From assembly GCA_020536535.1 (NCBI GenBank), contig JAHLWZ010000672.1, positions 62,001-126,000 on the forward strand: a stretch of 64,000 nt of DNA, read 5' to 3'. The first letter of the stretch is position 1, and the number at the start of each line of letters is the position of its first letter. This DNA is from Pelomyxa schiedti (lineage: Eukaryota; Protista; Evosea). Below, in pieces: positions 37,317 through 53,524 of the stretch. Both the position numbers and the translations under genes were made by a program. Under the pieces are notes generated by a model that ran no database searches, had not been told where the DNA came from, and saw only the letters and a list, made by a program, of their open reading frames with translations.

Positions 37317-40300
37317 TTAGAAGAGCCAATCATCTGGAGTGGACTCCCAGAGAGTGGCGGTGTTTTTGCTTGGTTGTGGTTGTGTTTGTGTGTCTGGTTG
37401 TTGCTGCATTGTAGCCAGAAGCTTTTCAACTCGGATAACCATTTGGCTGTATTCCTTCAGAGCTGCATTTGCATAAGAATCAGCAAACGGAAACGGAAGA
37501 ATGAGCCGTACCCAATTGCAAATCTAGTGCTTCCTTCATCTGGTTAACAGAGACCAAAAATTCGACGAGGGAGTGCACATCATCTTGCAATGACATTAGC
37601 TGGGTCACACTTTCCCGCAAATTAGAGATACCTCGTAGGCCTGTATTGGTAGAAAGCCCGGATAAGGTTGCACTCAATTTTTGGGGCTCTCCTGCACCCC
37701 TATCCCCAAGACCCTTCTGTCTACGCTTCCTTTTACTTTGCCTGCCAGAATCTGTATGCATGTTATTCTAGAAACTTAGTTAATTTCTAACCTGGTGCTT
37801 GAGGTGGGGCGGTTGGGCTAATTGATATAGAGACGATTCTATTACATGTCTTTGTGTGCTGTGTTATGGCCGATTTCATTTCCAAAAGGATATCATGGGC
37901 TGATTCGATAGCAGCACCTATCAGTGCCTCTACTTTTTCGGCAAGGTTTTGCATTAGGCACTGGAATGAAGTCAGGAGGAAAATTATTTGAGGTTCGGTA
38001 CATATTGCATGGCGGTTTTCCACGAGTGAGCTGCCAAGTACAATGAATACACTTTCTCACAATCTTTGGGGCAGTACTGCTTTAAAACGTCAGCTGCCTC
38101 AAGAAATTGCATCCCGCTTTCAAGCTGCTCAACGCACCTATAGGCTAAATAGTTGAATACCAACAGACAGTTGGAAATGCTTTTGTTTTTTTTTTAAATA
38201 CCTAGATCACAGAGTCGTTCTGGAGAATAGTTGGCTTTGTGTGCGGAAATGAAAGCTGACTGCCAATCATTGGAACTGACAAACTCTGTGATTGCTTTTT
38301 CATGCTTCGATGCCATTTGATACACTGGGGCGATAAAACAGAATGATACGTGAGAGATGTGGAACCTGTGAAACAGTGTAACACATACGAATAGCGGCAT
38401 TTCTCTGAGAGCCGGTTGAAACAAGATAGTCTCCATGCAGCTCGCAAATCGCATAAAATTGGGGAGTATTGTGCTCGTACAGTTGCATGGCTTGCTTGTA
38501 TAACTGGTGTTCTTGAATGAGCCTCAAGCACTCAGGGAATTTATCACTTCCCGCCTTGCTGACGAAGAAGAATTAAATGTGATTAAAAGGTGGAAGTGAA
38601 CCAACCTGAGATTGGCCAATGCTGAAGCGTAGCGCCGTAAATGAACATCTATCGAATACTTCATGTAATACTCTGGCATCGCTTGAAGTTCTTCAAGGAA
38701 AGGAATGTACTCCTTTGGGTCCTACTCAAAAAATCAAAAAAGAAGAGAAAGAAATATTCCACTTACACGTTGTGACTTTTCAGAGACCATATGAACAAGG
38801 TCGAAGTCGTACATCCCAAGGGCAGTATCGAACAAAACATTCACCTCAACAAGGACCACAGCGAATTCAACGAGTTTAGATCCTAATATCTTGGACTTGT
38901 CCAGCCCTGATACAGATCAGTTGTGCTCGAAAAGAAGGGGCTCCACACACTGTTCAGTTGGTGAATAAGCCTAAGTCCGGATTCGTAGTCGGGGGGTGAT
39001 TTGACTGCATGGGCAGTAAAAATGGAGGTGTAATATCTGAAAGTAAATGAGATGCTATGACGAGAGGAGAAGCTGACTTGCTGATGTCCTTTGTTTGAAG
39101 TATTTCAATAAACTTGTCACATACTGTGTTAACTTTGGACAAAGTTGAGGGTGGTGGTGTTTGAGAAAGCTGCAGCGGATTCTGATATAGCTTTACAGCA
39201 ACATTTTCCTCTCTGACCAATCAGTACATTGAGCAAGGAAAAAAATTAAACCAAACCTCAGGCTTGAAAGGAATATGTTCAGCTGCTCTGGTGATTGAAT
39301 TTGCTCGATGACTAAGTCCAAATCTGCCATAAAGGTGGCAAAGTTGTTGTCACACAAGAAATTTGGATCAATCCTGTGGCGCCTTATAAGGCCCATTCCT
39401 TGCTGATAGCATTTTCTAATGCAATATGATGATTAATCACCCTTGAAACTGCGGTTACCTTTCAAGACAAGACCTCAAGGTATCTGTTACAAGCCCCCTT
39501 GGATGAACCGATTCAAGATTTCCTCTTGGCATCTACATTGATTATACTCAGACAACCTCCAACTTTCAATAGCATTAAATACCTGCATTACAACTAAAGT
39601 CATATCCGGAGTCCGTGGCACAGCAACAATAACGGCACCACGTTCGACTGTTCTAGAGGAGTCATGCCAGATATTATCTAATTCTGTTGCGAGTTCTGCA
39701 GTAAGGTCCAGACCTAAAGGCAGAAGTCTGGAAATTGTTGGAGATGAGGATTGGTGGCTTGGAAAATTATTCGCACCGAAGTTTGTAGTCGAGTGTGGTA
39801 TAAACAATAAAACGCGGATGGAGAGAAAATGATGTGCAAGAATTGGACACAAGGATCTTTCCAACAAACAGGTGATTTCTTGTGCTCAGCCCGACGACAA
39901 CTTCCTGTTGAAAAAGTGTTTCAACAAAAGAAATGAGGAAGATGTTGGCATAACCTTTCCATCAGGAAGTTTTGTCACCGAAATTGAGCGACATGGAACA
40001 GGGAAGTCCAAAGAATGATCAGGTGTTGCAACGAACTCCCCTAAAAAAAAAAAAAGAATGGTAAATGGATGAAAAGTCATGTCAAAGGACTAACAAACCC
40101 TCCCTGCTGGACTTAAAAACTGCTCCATTGGTGAGCTCCAAGAAAAATGAAGACTCACCAAGTGCGATGTCGAGAACTCTGCCATTAAGAGTTCTTTCAA
40201 TCATAGTGATGCTATTGGATTCTGCTAAAAAAAGGTAAACATAGTGGCCAAAGAAAGAAACCCTCACCCAATCGAAAGTCTATGATGCAGTCACAAGTGC

Positions 40301-42356
40301 TGGAACTTGGGCTTTTAGAGACTGCCAGCACTCTTGACGAAGACAATACTTGAGTTAGTCTCACACAAGACAACGTTGGGTGTTGCACAGCACATGTAAG
40401 AGTTGGTGCACAGTGGGGTTGTAAGGCATATAGGAAAAGTGACTGTGGGGGGCTTTCTGATGATGGCTGGAACAGAGTGGTGGAACAGTGAACAGCCATG
40501 ATATCACCACTGAAGGACACCCTCAAAACTTGGGCAGGGAGGGCAATAGAATAGCACGACATGGGTGGAGGGACTATACTTTGAGCCAGAGGGGTCAACA
40601 GTAAGGAATCTGTTTTTAAATTTAGGAGGTGAGTACGGCATTGAACTGGGGAAATCACACTTCCGTCAACCACAGCAGTCATGCTCGTGGAACTTTCAGT
40701 TGCAACTGCAAAATCCCAACAGAATTGTATTTCGTGAAGTTCAAGCCCTGTTTTCTGTTACTGCAGGTGGAATCAACACAACCCTACCTGTGTAAACACG
40801 AAACAACATTGGATCCTCTGGATCCCACTCTGCGTATACGCAAGGGCCTTGTATATTACTACTCTGTTTCAAGTACCACTTGAAATTACTGAAAATCCAA
40901 AATTGAACATTAACATCCTACTATGAAGGTGGGATCAAGGTGTGGACTTGGGAGACTGCATACAATTGGATTATTTCCTGAAGTGAATATCACTGCCAAT
41001 ACATCCGAGGAAGAATTCCATAGAACACTGGAGAGCTTCTTGTCACCCTGCCCAGTGCACGTAAAACTTCCTCTGATGGCCCCATTTTGTTCGAATTGTA
41101 CAACTCGGTTATCTACGGTTCCAACAGAGATGAAACTCCCTGAAGGTCTATCTCACTCAGCCAGTGGGAGTAAGATATATAAATCAACCTCCAAGAGACT
41201 GATTGGACAAGATCCACTTTTTCTTTGCATGAAACAAGAAACTTTCCAGACTTGTCGAAGATGGATACAAGTCTTTTACCTTGTAGAACAATTAGATTTT
41301 TTATTTAAAAAATAGATTTTTATGAAGAAACCTGGGGTCACATCAGTGTGATTGACAGCAAACAATGACCCATCTCCTTTCCAACTTATTTCTGCTAAAA
41401 ACTTGAGTATGTTGAATGAAAGCAAAAAAATATTACCACCAAAGAACGACAGTTTTTCAGATGGCACAGGAAGTGAGTGCTTGTGAAGTATTCTGGCATC
41501 AGTTTCATCTATCACAACCACAGAACAGTCTTCTAGAACAACTGCTGCTACCTTGATGAATCGTCAAAAGGGGAAAGTTATTTTGTTCATACAGCGGATC
41601 CAGGACACCATTGAACACAAACTATTGGAAGTGGGAGCAAACCAACAACTTCAACCTGAAAGATTGTTGTGGGATACATAATGCTTTGGTAAGAATAGCG
41701 TACCACACTCAACCGAGGGTCATAAGAAAGCACTTCCCCCGTTTTCAGGGCAACATTTAAACGAGCTGTATCTGGATTGAACTGTAATGCCACAATTTGA
41801 AGACTTTTGTGTGTGACTAGTGGGAGGAAAAGAGGCTGTATCTCTTTGCAAGTAACTGGAAACCTGAGAGAATTGGGAAAAAATGGTCAAACTGTGGAAA
41901 AGAGGGGAAAAAATGGTCAAACTGTGGAAAAGAGGGGAAAAAAAAAAAAACCGAAAATAGAATAAATGTCATACGTGGAAATTGTTGAGGAAGAAGCTGG
42001 GGCAGTGACACATGACATTTGAACTAAAGTGCACAAACAAGAACCTCGTTTGGAACAACATGCCCCCCACAGGGTTCGTCCCCCAATGCTGTTTTGTTTT
42101 CACATCGGTGAGAACTTTAAATTCGTCCAGAAAGTGAGTGGGTGCTCACGTGTGACTGGGAGTCGTTGCCCCAGATGCCAAAATTGAAACTGGGCCCACA
42201 TCTGTCGTGGCAGCGAGAACCTGAATCCACAGTGAAAACCCATTGTGAAAAAACAAGGGGCGCGAGCTGTGTTGTAGTGATGGGATGTCAATTGTATGCG
42301 GTCACGCCACGAACATTGTTCACGGTCGACTGGACGCTGAGCTTAAGATTGTGCAT
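37317..42356 (-). CDS. ELP1: Elongator complex protein 1 (IKI3/IKBKAP)
   Basis: Start MHNLKL (cf. MRNLKL), ISWKGDGSLFAV, WR|PSGS, NFKWYLKQ, LLLTPLAQSIVPPPM, MPRGNLE, RRHRIDPN, SQR|DPKEYIPFL and IDVHLRRY. Confidence 0.92.
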
Positions 42357-42369
42357 GTTTAATTCCCTT

Positions 42370-42630
42370 GGCTAGCTGATCAAATTTTCTCCCAATGATT
42401 TTGGCGAAGCACCGAGTACTGAGAACCTTGGTATGGTCAGTTCCTGGACCACTCACGTATTGGAAGTCAATGATGCGACAAGAAGAGCAAAACGCTCTTA
42501 GGAAGCTACATGGGTAGACCTTCGTATGGTCACTCATCACAGAGGTTGCTGGGCATGAGAGGCGCTATCACACCAGAGATTCCCTTCCAGGGTGAGATCT
42601 CGGAACGATTTTCTCAAACCAGGTAGATAA
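42370..42630 (-). ncRNA. Candidate structured ncRNA (divergent U1-like snRNA or box C/D snoRNA); identity unproven
   Basis: At least six short hairpins, a 15-nt 14/15 direct repeat, U1-like motifs in order, and a GTGATGA...CTGA pair in a non-coding spacer. Confidence 0.3.
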
Positions 42631-42762
42631 AAAGGCATCCTCAGCGACAAAGAATAAATAAATTGATGAAAAAATCGCAAAACGACAAGCAACTTCGCAT
42701 TATTTTTTTGTTTATAAAAGTAATTTCGGACAAATAATAGCCCTTCCACATACATCGCTACG

Positions 42763-45110
<2,348 letters not shown>

Positions 45111-45198
45111 TGTTCCAATCAGAAATCCAAAGTAGAAATTACAGAGAAACATCATTTTTGGGGCAAAATGAAATCTTTTTATTCTATTCCATTTTCCT

Positions 45199-48100
45199 CT
45201 ATGAACCGAGTGTCAGTGCCCGCTCCTTTTTGGGCGGTGCTTGTTCTGCGGGTGCAAGTGTGGTTACGTAGATTACATCTGGGAGAAGCACAACGGCACA
45301 ACTGTCGGGGAGACTGTCTTGCAGAACTGGAGTGATGGGGTTAGTACCCGGTGATTGAGGAGGAGAAGCGAGGCAACTTACTGTCGGTATCTTGGAATGC
45401 ACAGGGGAGAGACGCGAGCATATCTACAGTGGGGAGTGTGTGGCTAATTGCGGCAGTAACTGTGTACTCAATTGGAAGTGGGTAGAGGCGGAAACAGTCA
45501 CGTTGTGTTGAAATGTTACAGCGAGCAAATATTTTAGATTTCAATGTGCGGATGGTCTCGTAGCGTGAAAGTACTACCTGGGAAGTGATTAAATGGTTTA
45601 GGGAAGGAGGCTGCCGAGCAACTTCGAATATTGGATCAGGGGTTGCTGGCTGTTTGGCCCATGATACTACATATATAACAATTTGCTCAATATCATGGAC
45701 CTCCTCAGGTTTCCCAATATCCTATTATGTATGAATTCTAGAAGAGAGGATACATAAGGTACCCAAACAGCCACGTCAAATTCGTCCTGGCATATATCTT
45801 GAATTGGCATACAATCCGGTAAAGTCTGAATAATGTAAAGTGGTGCAATGTTACATATAATACACACCATTTTCAGCCGGTACTCTGATTTACGGAAAAC
45901 TGGGATCAAACGAAGATGGCTGGAGTTCGGATACCGCAGGGGATCTGTTTTGGCAATGGCATGTTTGAGATTGGCTACCGTACCATATGTATGAGCTTGC
46001 TCTATCTGATTTGGTGAGTATTATGCATCCTGGGGGATAGTGTACTTGAAGAGCGTTGCTAAAAGCCATTTCAGTGTGAATAAAAGTATGCACACTGAAA
46101 AAGAGTTAACGGACGGGAACGAGAAGACAACGATGCTTATTCATGGATCATACATGAGGCAAGGGTAAACTGGAGAAGGGAGAGCAACTAAGGGTGTTCC
46201 ACCGACTACGTTTAGTGCAAGTAGTGTGCTACTATGGTCTACGATCTGAAAGGGGGGTTATTTATGAGAAGCCTCAATTAAAGAAACAACCTCCACATTC
46301 CAGTTGTACCCGCGGAATATCCTTACTCTCTTTGTGTCCCACATGGCAGCATGTTGTTCAACACCCACACTTTTCTTTATGTTTCATTTTTACCTCATAA
46401 AAGAGAGCTTAAAAGGTACCAAGGTATCGGCAACGGCGGATTTCAACTCGTTCAAAGTCACAAGTCCATGAGGCAAGAAGAGGTGTACAGTTTCTTCTCC
46501 ATTAGTACCTAATTTCACTTTGAAGTGCTCAGGATTCGTAATATTAGGTATCAGGTCACAGTCAGGTGTGGAACTAAAAGAAATTTCCAGGAGTACCCAG
46601 GAAAATGGAATCTACCTTAGCCACATGCATGAAGAGTCATCAGGAAGAGGTAATGTTTCATTGGGATCACCGAGTACTTTGTTGCCTTTCCTGGTGCATA
46701 GTATCAAGTCATGTGAGACCCCAATTTTTTCCTTGGTAGTCATCAAAATTCTCGAGTTTGTATGTGTCAACTCCTTACCTTGAATTGTTGAACGGTTTCG
46801 TTTTTGCCGGCGTACCAGTGAGAGTATCTGTAAGAACCTGACTCAAATGTGCCAATCCTCCACACAGAAGCCTCTCCGGATAAGAGCAGAGCATTTGCAT
46901 TCACAACACATAGGACCTGTGTCAAAAAATTTCCATTGTTAGGAACCAAATTTCCTGTTTACCTGTCTTCTTGCTAGACCCAGAGACCCTATTGTAGCGG
47001 AGTCTTCCTGGGGTAGAGGAGTGCCGCTGCGCCACAGATTATCAGTATTGGTGTTGGTCACAAAAACGAAGTCACTAGAAAGTTTGAACAGATCCTTGAC
47101 TTCATTCTACGAAAATTAGATTTCTCGATTGTGTGGGAGTACTGTACCTTTAACTCAAGTAAAGTTTTCTTTTGATACACAGTGAGTAAGTGCTCGTAGT
47201 ATTTGTAGACAACACTGATTTCAAAAGACTCAGACAGCATTTTTTTCTTCATAACCTTGACATTCCAGGTCTCATTTTTGTGCTTTACCAAGCTGTCCAA
47301 TGCAGGGGGTATAGCAGTATCCGGCACAATATTAACGTTTCGTGTTGGGTTAACTATTGTAATTGATGGAAGAGCAATAAATTGAATGCAGATACCTTGC
47401 CGATACATCAACATATACGCGGTTCCATAACCGTCTTGTGAAACACCGTAACTAAGCATATGTAAGCCAAATAATGTGTTTTCAGTAGGATTTTACCAGG
47501 CACTTATATCCGACTCGGGTATTTTAGTTACATTAGAGTCATTGAAGTTGTACCACTGGTTTGACTCGAAATTCTAGTGAATTAGGTTTCTTCCCTAAGG
47601 TAATCAAATAGACCTTGATGAATGCGTAGTAATGGCCACCTGACGCATTGCCACTATGGACAAGTATAGCATACAAGTCGTATTTAAAGTAATTGCCATG
47701 AGACGTTGAAGGAAGCGATGGTGCGATATCCATGGCATCACATTCAGTCGAGGAACAAGAAGACTCATGTTGCCCTTCATCTGTGTATCTTATAAAAAAA
47801 AAAGGGGGAAAAGGAGGGGGAAAAAGCCAGTAGAACAGGGGGTGGCGTTGGTAGAAGGAGGAAACTGTTTGCAGATTTACTGGATAAAAGAGGTGCCACA
47901 TCAAGGACTGTTGGAAAGGCCACAGAATCATTTAGTTTAATACGCTGGTTCTGTTTTTTTTTTTTTTTTAAGTGCCAAAACGAGAGAAACGCACAACCTT
48001 TGTGAAATCAAATGTGAACCGCTTCAGATGCAATGTAAGAATGTAGGGTACAGTTTTTAACGACAGAGATTTTTGTGCGTTGACCTTCACACGTTTAAAT

Positions 48101-49497
48101 GAAGAGAAACGCTACTTGTGTTACCTTCTTGTTACACACGGCGCAGAAGTACTGATTTTCTTTTTCCAGAAGTTCTGGTTGCACGAATTTCTGGAGGGCC
48201 TACCACTGGTGAATCTTAAAAGGCAAAGACAGAATCCAAGGAAAGTACCTCATTGACATTTTTAATAGCAACTGCTCCACCATCTTTTATATCAAGAGAA
48301 ATATCTTGGTATGAAACCAATTTAGCAGAAACATTTTTACATTCCTGCAACAATGTTACTTTGGAAGTCGTTGGGGATTTCTCACCAAACACTTCACTGA
48401 ATCAGTCATCTGACCTTGCCACAGCTTATTGGTAATACCTTCCTGAGGTGTACCCTTAAAGCCAGTTTCAATTTCATCAATTAGAAGACGGTAGAGCTCC
48501 TTAACAGCTGTTGGGATACGGAAAAAGTGAGAACAGCAACCTGGGCATCATGTTGTATAAAAGATTCTGATGCATCCCAGCCAAAGCTCTTGGTCAGTTT
48601 CTGAAATGGACTTAGAATTACTACGTATCACACATTCATACAATTGTTTTGACAGCTTTTTTTTCAGATTTTTGTAGAAGGGCAAAGAGTCTCTGTAAAT
48701 TATCCAATATTGTGGAAGTTTTCTTCAAGTCCTCCCTGGAAAAAGGTGGGCCTCATGATCAAACACAAAGCAAAGAAAGTACTTGCTGAGGTTAACTTCC
48801 GGTGACCACTGGTAAAGGGCAGTTCTGAGCTCCGGAGTCATGTATAATGCCTGAATAACACTATTTAAATAGCAGGTAGCGCCTATTAATGTGTTTGTTT
48901 GTTTATTAGGACTACAAAGAGGACACTTACAAACCTTGGTTGGACAATCCAACAAAGCCTGTGGGGGACTTGGTGTCACTAAAAGTTTCTGGTGGTATGT
49001 TTTGCCTCGGCCTTGAGAAATTTGAAGTGGAGCTGGTGGAGGAGCCGTAGTTGGAGCTGGAGCTGTTGGAGCTGCGCCCTGTTTTGGAAGGGTCCTACAA
49101 AAGATTACTCTTAATGGAACGGAAAAGGAAGGATGCACACTTTAAGTTCATTGGGTAAGCTCAGGAGGACCCTGGGCTGTTCTTCAGTGGAACGGAATGC
49201 TGTGATTGGCGTAGCTAAAAACTCGGCACCATAGCAATTCGCATGGCCTGTAATTCTCAATATACTCTCGGAAAGCGCGATCTTCTTCAAATACGGTAGT
49301 TTCTCCAACAAGAAGTCCTTTTGGTTTTTTCCTAAAAAAAAAGGAAACTACACGCGGGAAACTACCTGTACACTGAGATTAGAATGCACAGGGAGAAAAT
49401 ATCTGTGTGTTGCCGGTGCACCCTCCATGGGTTCGTACAACACAATCAGCACCTGCGGTGCCGAGTTTTGTTGTGGATCTTCTTCCATCGCCGACAT
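45199..49497 (-). CDS. Ubiquitin carboxyl-terminal hydrolase, USP47/USP40-like
   Basis: Cys box GFVGLSNQ|GATCYLNS, LTKSFGW...QHDAQ|E, LHLKRF, His box YDLYAILVHSGNASGGHYYAFIK, WYNFNDS, AYMLMYR and C-terminal KERAL. Confidence 0.9.
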
Positions 49498-49701
49498 CGA
49501 GATGTACCGGTTCTACTACGCGTGCCACACCACACTACAAAACTCAACTTGGAATTACTGGAGATCTGTCCGGGCAAGCTCACACCCATCACAATCTCAA
49601 TTCGAAAAAAGAAACAATGCATTTTCTGAGTAATCATTTTTTCTTTCAATTTAACAAGAAATACAACGGTTTGGTGTGGCGTATGGACGGCCCAGTGAGA
49701 T

Positions 49702-51713
49702 CTACGGAAGGTATTTAGTGCACGTGGTGCGTGTTGTGTCCGGCCTAGGGATCTTGCTTGGTTTATGCGAGGACTTGAGATCCGAGGCCTCTCTTTTTAC
49801 CCCGGCAACTTGTGGTGAGGATGGCACTTTGCTTACCAACCAACTGGGAAGAGGACGTGAGCGAGCGGGGGAGGGAGGCAAACTCGGAAACGGTTGTCTT
49901 GTTTCCAACGGTTTGGCACTGGTGTTTATTGAAGGGCTTAATTGTGGCAACACACTGGATGCACTTGTTATTATTAGACCCTGGCAAAAAGGTGGTTGGG
50001 CACTCTGTTGCAGGCTTGTTTCTATTTGCTTTGGAATGTTGTACACTGGGTGACTAGAGAATTTGTGGCTACTAGTTATTGGGCAAATGGTAGAAGAAAA
50101 GCTGGGGGATTCTAATTTGACAACAGGGGTTGATTCCCCTTTGGCAACTGGAAGACCGTAAACAGGTTTGGCTGCGTCCAAAACATTGCCAGGCTCCTCT
50201 AATTTCAAGGTTTGGACTTCAACCTTCATATTTTTGGCATCAATCACACTGGCAACTCCTGCCGGGTCATCCTTGTACTTGACTATAGGTTCATTCATAC
50301 TTTGATGTGGAGAACTGGGTGGAGTGGCTTGATGTGGGGGTGTGTTAGGTGGCGTGCCTGGAGGGGTATTTTGGGAAGAATCTTGGGTGATTGGGGGCGT
50401 GTTTTGTTGTGCAGAGTTTAGTGAAGATGGGGGCGATGGAAGCAACTCAGTATTGTGATCCCCTGGTATGGATCCCTTGCATTTTCCCATAGAGTTTGAG
50501 AATGTGGTTTCAACATATTTCGACAGCATCTCTTTCTTAGTTTCTTCCACGAGTTGGCGTAGTGCCCTATTGGGAATTACATCTTGAGCTGTTACTGTTT
50601 GGTTGCAAAGAGGACAGTGCATGTCTGTCTGGAGGAGCTTATCCCAGGCACCTACGTGGGGTAAGGTAAAGGCTTTGCGGAGTGAAAAAGACATACAATT
50701 GCTGCACAAGCTATCATGGCAACATGAAAGCTCCACTGCATCAACAACCAAATTGTGGCAAACAGGGCACTTTAAGGAGTCGTCACAGGTGTCCATCACA
50801 CCTTTACAAAAAAGTGTCGACTTCAAGGCGGATTGGAAGATTCCCCTGAAAGATTATAATGAGTAAACAAGGTATAGTACTTAAACACAAACACTGATTG
50901 CACTCACGAATTGAAGTGGGGACATACTCATTTGGCTTCATCACAAATTCTGATGATGGGCCTCTCAGAAATCCTGGAATACCGCGATAACTCAGCACTC
51001 TCTGAGAGTTTGTTGGGCAATGTTGAATATAATGGCCAGCAATGCCGCATCTGTGGCAAACTGTACTTACAGTAAGTTTCACATAAACTACGTACTAGAT
51101 ACAAACCATAACCAGGTGGAGGCAAGCTCCCTGGGGGAAGTGGACTTCGAGAACACCGGCCTGACTTCGCCGGGAGTATATCCTCTACACGCATATTTAC
51201 AACAGCAGACAACCTTGATTCCTCTGTGGTACTCTCTGGAATTACAGGCCTGTGACTTTTATTATCAGGCGCACTGACAGCGGTCCTAAGGGGAGGTCTA
51301 CGGAACGGCCTGCCTGGCTTAGGAAGTCTGGTGACAAGCACCAAGGTATTTTTTGGAACAAGACCACCATCGAAGAATTCTAAGGCTCCGTTAGACCATA
51401 AAAGACCAAAAAAGAAAGAAACAATAAAAAGCGTCTTTTTTCTTCTCTTTTCTCTTTTCTTTTTTCCCTTATTTCTTTTGCTACCTTCGTTCGTATCGGC
51501 ATTGAACAGGCGGAGGTCGAAATAACAAACACCACCGTTTGTAGTGCACAGTTTCTTACGAGCAATTATCTCTTTCTTGAGCTTAGCCACTCCAATAGTG
51601 TCACCGTCGAACCGTATGGTATCAAACATCATGGCGCTCTGCTCAATCGATTAATATTACGGATTAACAGGGAAATGTTTCACCTTAAACCGAAAGCTAA
51701 CTACCGACGACAT
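49702..51713 (-). CDS. RBBP6: RBBP6/Mpe1-like DWNN-zinc knuckle-RING protein (mRNA 3'-end processing E3)
   Basis: MSSVVSFRFK|SAMMFDTIRFDG...DLRLFNADTNE|EF...VPKNTLVLVTRLP (DWNN), PPPGY|VCHRCGIAGHYIQHCPT, and CPVC...CCHDSLCSNC...CPLC...IPNRALR. Confidence 0.93.
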
Positions 51714-51827
51714 CGTTGTTGTCTTTATTTAAAATAAATTATTTCTGCTTCTGTCGACTGATGATTTTAACCGCGTTCTTGCATAAACTTGGTTTTCGCC
51801 GACCTGAATGGTGCAACTGCAATAGAA

Positions 51828-53524
51828 ATGCTATCCTTCTTGCTACACCAGCAAGTAGGTGCTTCGGCGAGGGCGAGATGTAGTCACGTTGCCGAGGCGT
51901 TGGTTGGTGCCCTAGGTGTTTCTCATTTGGCATCACTGCCCTGCGTCGGTGGTGCGTATATCGACGAGGCACCGGTGAACTTCGACTATGGGATGCCACA
52001 GGACCAAGCCGACGGGGCGCTGTGCGCCAAGTTTGGACCGTGCGATCGCGGAGGGCCAACGGCGTGGATGGTGGCGGTAGGAACCAATTGTGGGAGGGTC
52101 AGGACTTACGACCACAGGCTCAATCCACGGTGTTTGTTTGAAATCGACTCACATTCAGGAAAAAGTATTGGTGCTTTGAGGTATGAGTGCCAAGGAATAG
52201 AATTAATTAAATACGGAACAAACTAACAAGAAACACCAGGTTTATAGATGGAAATACTATTGCTTCTGGATCAGAAAAGTGTATTGTTGCTATTCATGAT
52301 GTGAGGAACGTGAAGAGTCCTTTGAGCGTTCTTCTGGGGCACCAGGGGTCAGTGACTCAAATCCCACAAATTCTTGTTCTTGTACCTATGCCCGTGTCTG
52401 ACTGCCAAAGGAAGGTGGATACGAAGTATTGATGTTGTCCAAAATTCCATTCTCTCTGGGGGCTATGATGGAACAGTAATTTCATTTCAGCTCTCGTTTG
52501 TGAGCAAACCCAAATGTAGGTGCGCAACTGGGGAAAAATTGGCCACCTGCAAGAAAAAGCCCACAATTCAGAAGTGATTTTGTACCACCCTGCTCTTTCA
52601 TACTCCTGTGTATCGCCCTGTGAACAGTCTATGGCTATCAGTCTTGCCAATGGCAGGATTTTTTTGTTGCACAACCTCGACGTCGAGCATCTGGCTTCTC
52701 CGCACCCAGACCTGCAACGTAGAATTCTTCATCACGCAGCCACAAATACATCCTCCATAATTTGCTTCACGGGTAGTGACCACTTCAAGCCAAAAGGGAT
52801 ATGCAATGTCATTGAACTTCTCCATCAGCCGACTCCAAAGTACACCCCCTTCATGAAGTTTGAACAACAAGGAGGTGAGCTTCTCCTCACGCGACGTGTT
52901 GTACCAAGCAATCCACTCTCTTCAGACTTGTGCGTGTATGATACAGCACGGCCGTGCATAACCGTTGTTCAGAATGAACTCCCATCATTTTCCTCAGCTA
53001 TGTCACCCACAAGAGGATCACCGGAATTAGACCAAGCTGAGGTCAACACAGTTGAGCAAGAAATGTGGGACACATCAAACAGCCTTTTTGCAGAATCTGA
53101 ACCTCCAGTTCCCACACTTGTTGGCCATGAGTTACAATTGGAGCAACAAGTCTGGGGAATTGGCCACAGAGCCAATTCACAGGGATCCCCCAACAGGCTT
53201 ATTTGTTGCAGCAAAGACTCGTGTGGGATGGCAACATCACACATCAAAGCACCGGCTTTCTTGTGTGGAGGAAGGTTCATTGCCAGCCCCTTCAAGAATG
53301 GATTCCGGTTGCTGGACTTCCATAGCCCCACAGCTGTACCCACAACAGAGAGTGATGAGACTCCTTCGAAAAAGGAGGACCCTCAGCCACCGTGCTTGTT
53401 TCAATCTTATCACCTCAATAGCATCCAACATGTTGTTGTTTCAGTAGAAGCACACCCGATGTTCCCCATTGTTGCAACTGCAGCACTCAATGGCGTTGTT
53501 GCTATTTATGAACCCAAGTTCTAG
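51828..53524 (+). CDS. DCAF10: DDB1/CUL4-associated WD40 protein, DCAF10 (WDR32)-like
   Basis: WD40 repeats (HDVRNVKSPLSVLLGH, WIRSID, LSGGYDG), HNLD, IKAPAF..GGRFIASPF.NGFRLL, and C-terminal GVVAIYEPKF, which resembles the DCAF10 YQPKF end. Confidence 0.75.

Noticed and set aside
41876-41945. 30-bp tandem duplication within the ELP1 locus
   Set aside because: It appears to be a local slippage duplication in an intron next to a poly-A run; no sign of a mobile element.
42370-42630. RNase P/MRP, SRP, U3, U4, U5, 5S or TPP riboswitch identity for the structured spacer
   Set aside because: Only isolated partial motif matches; the required paired elements were not found in the right order or on the same strand.
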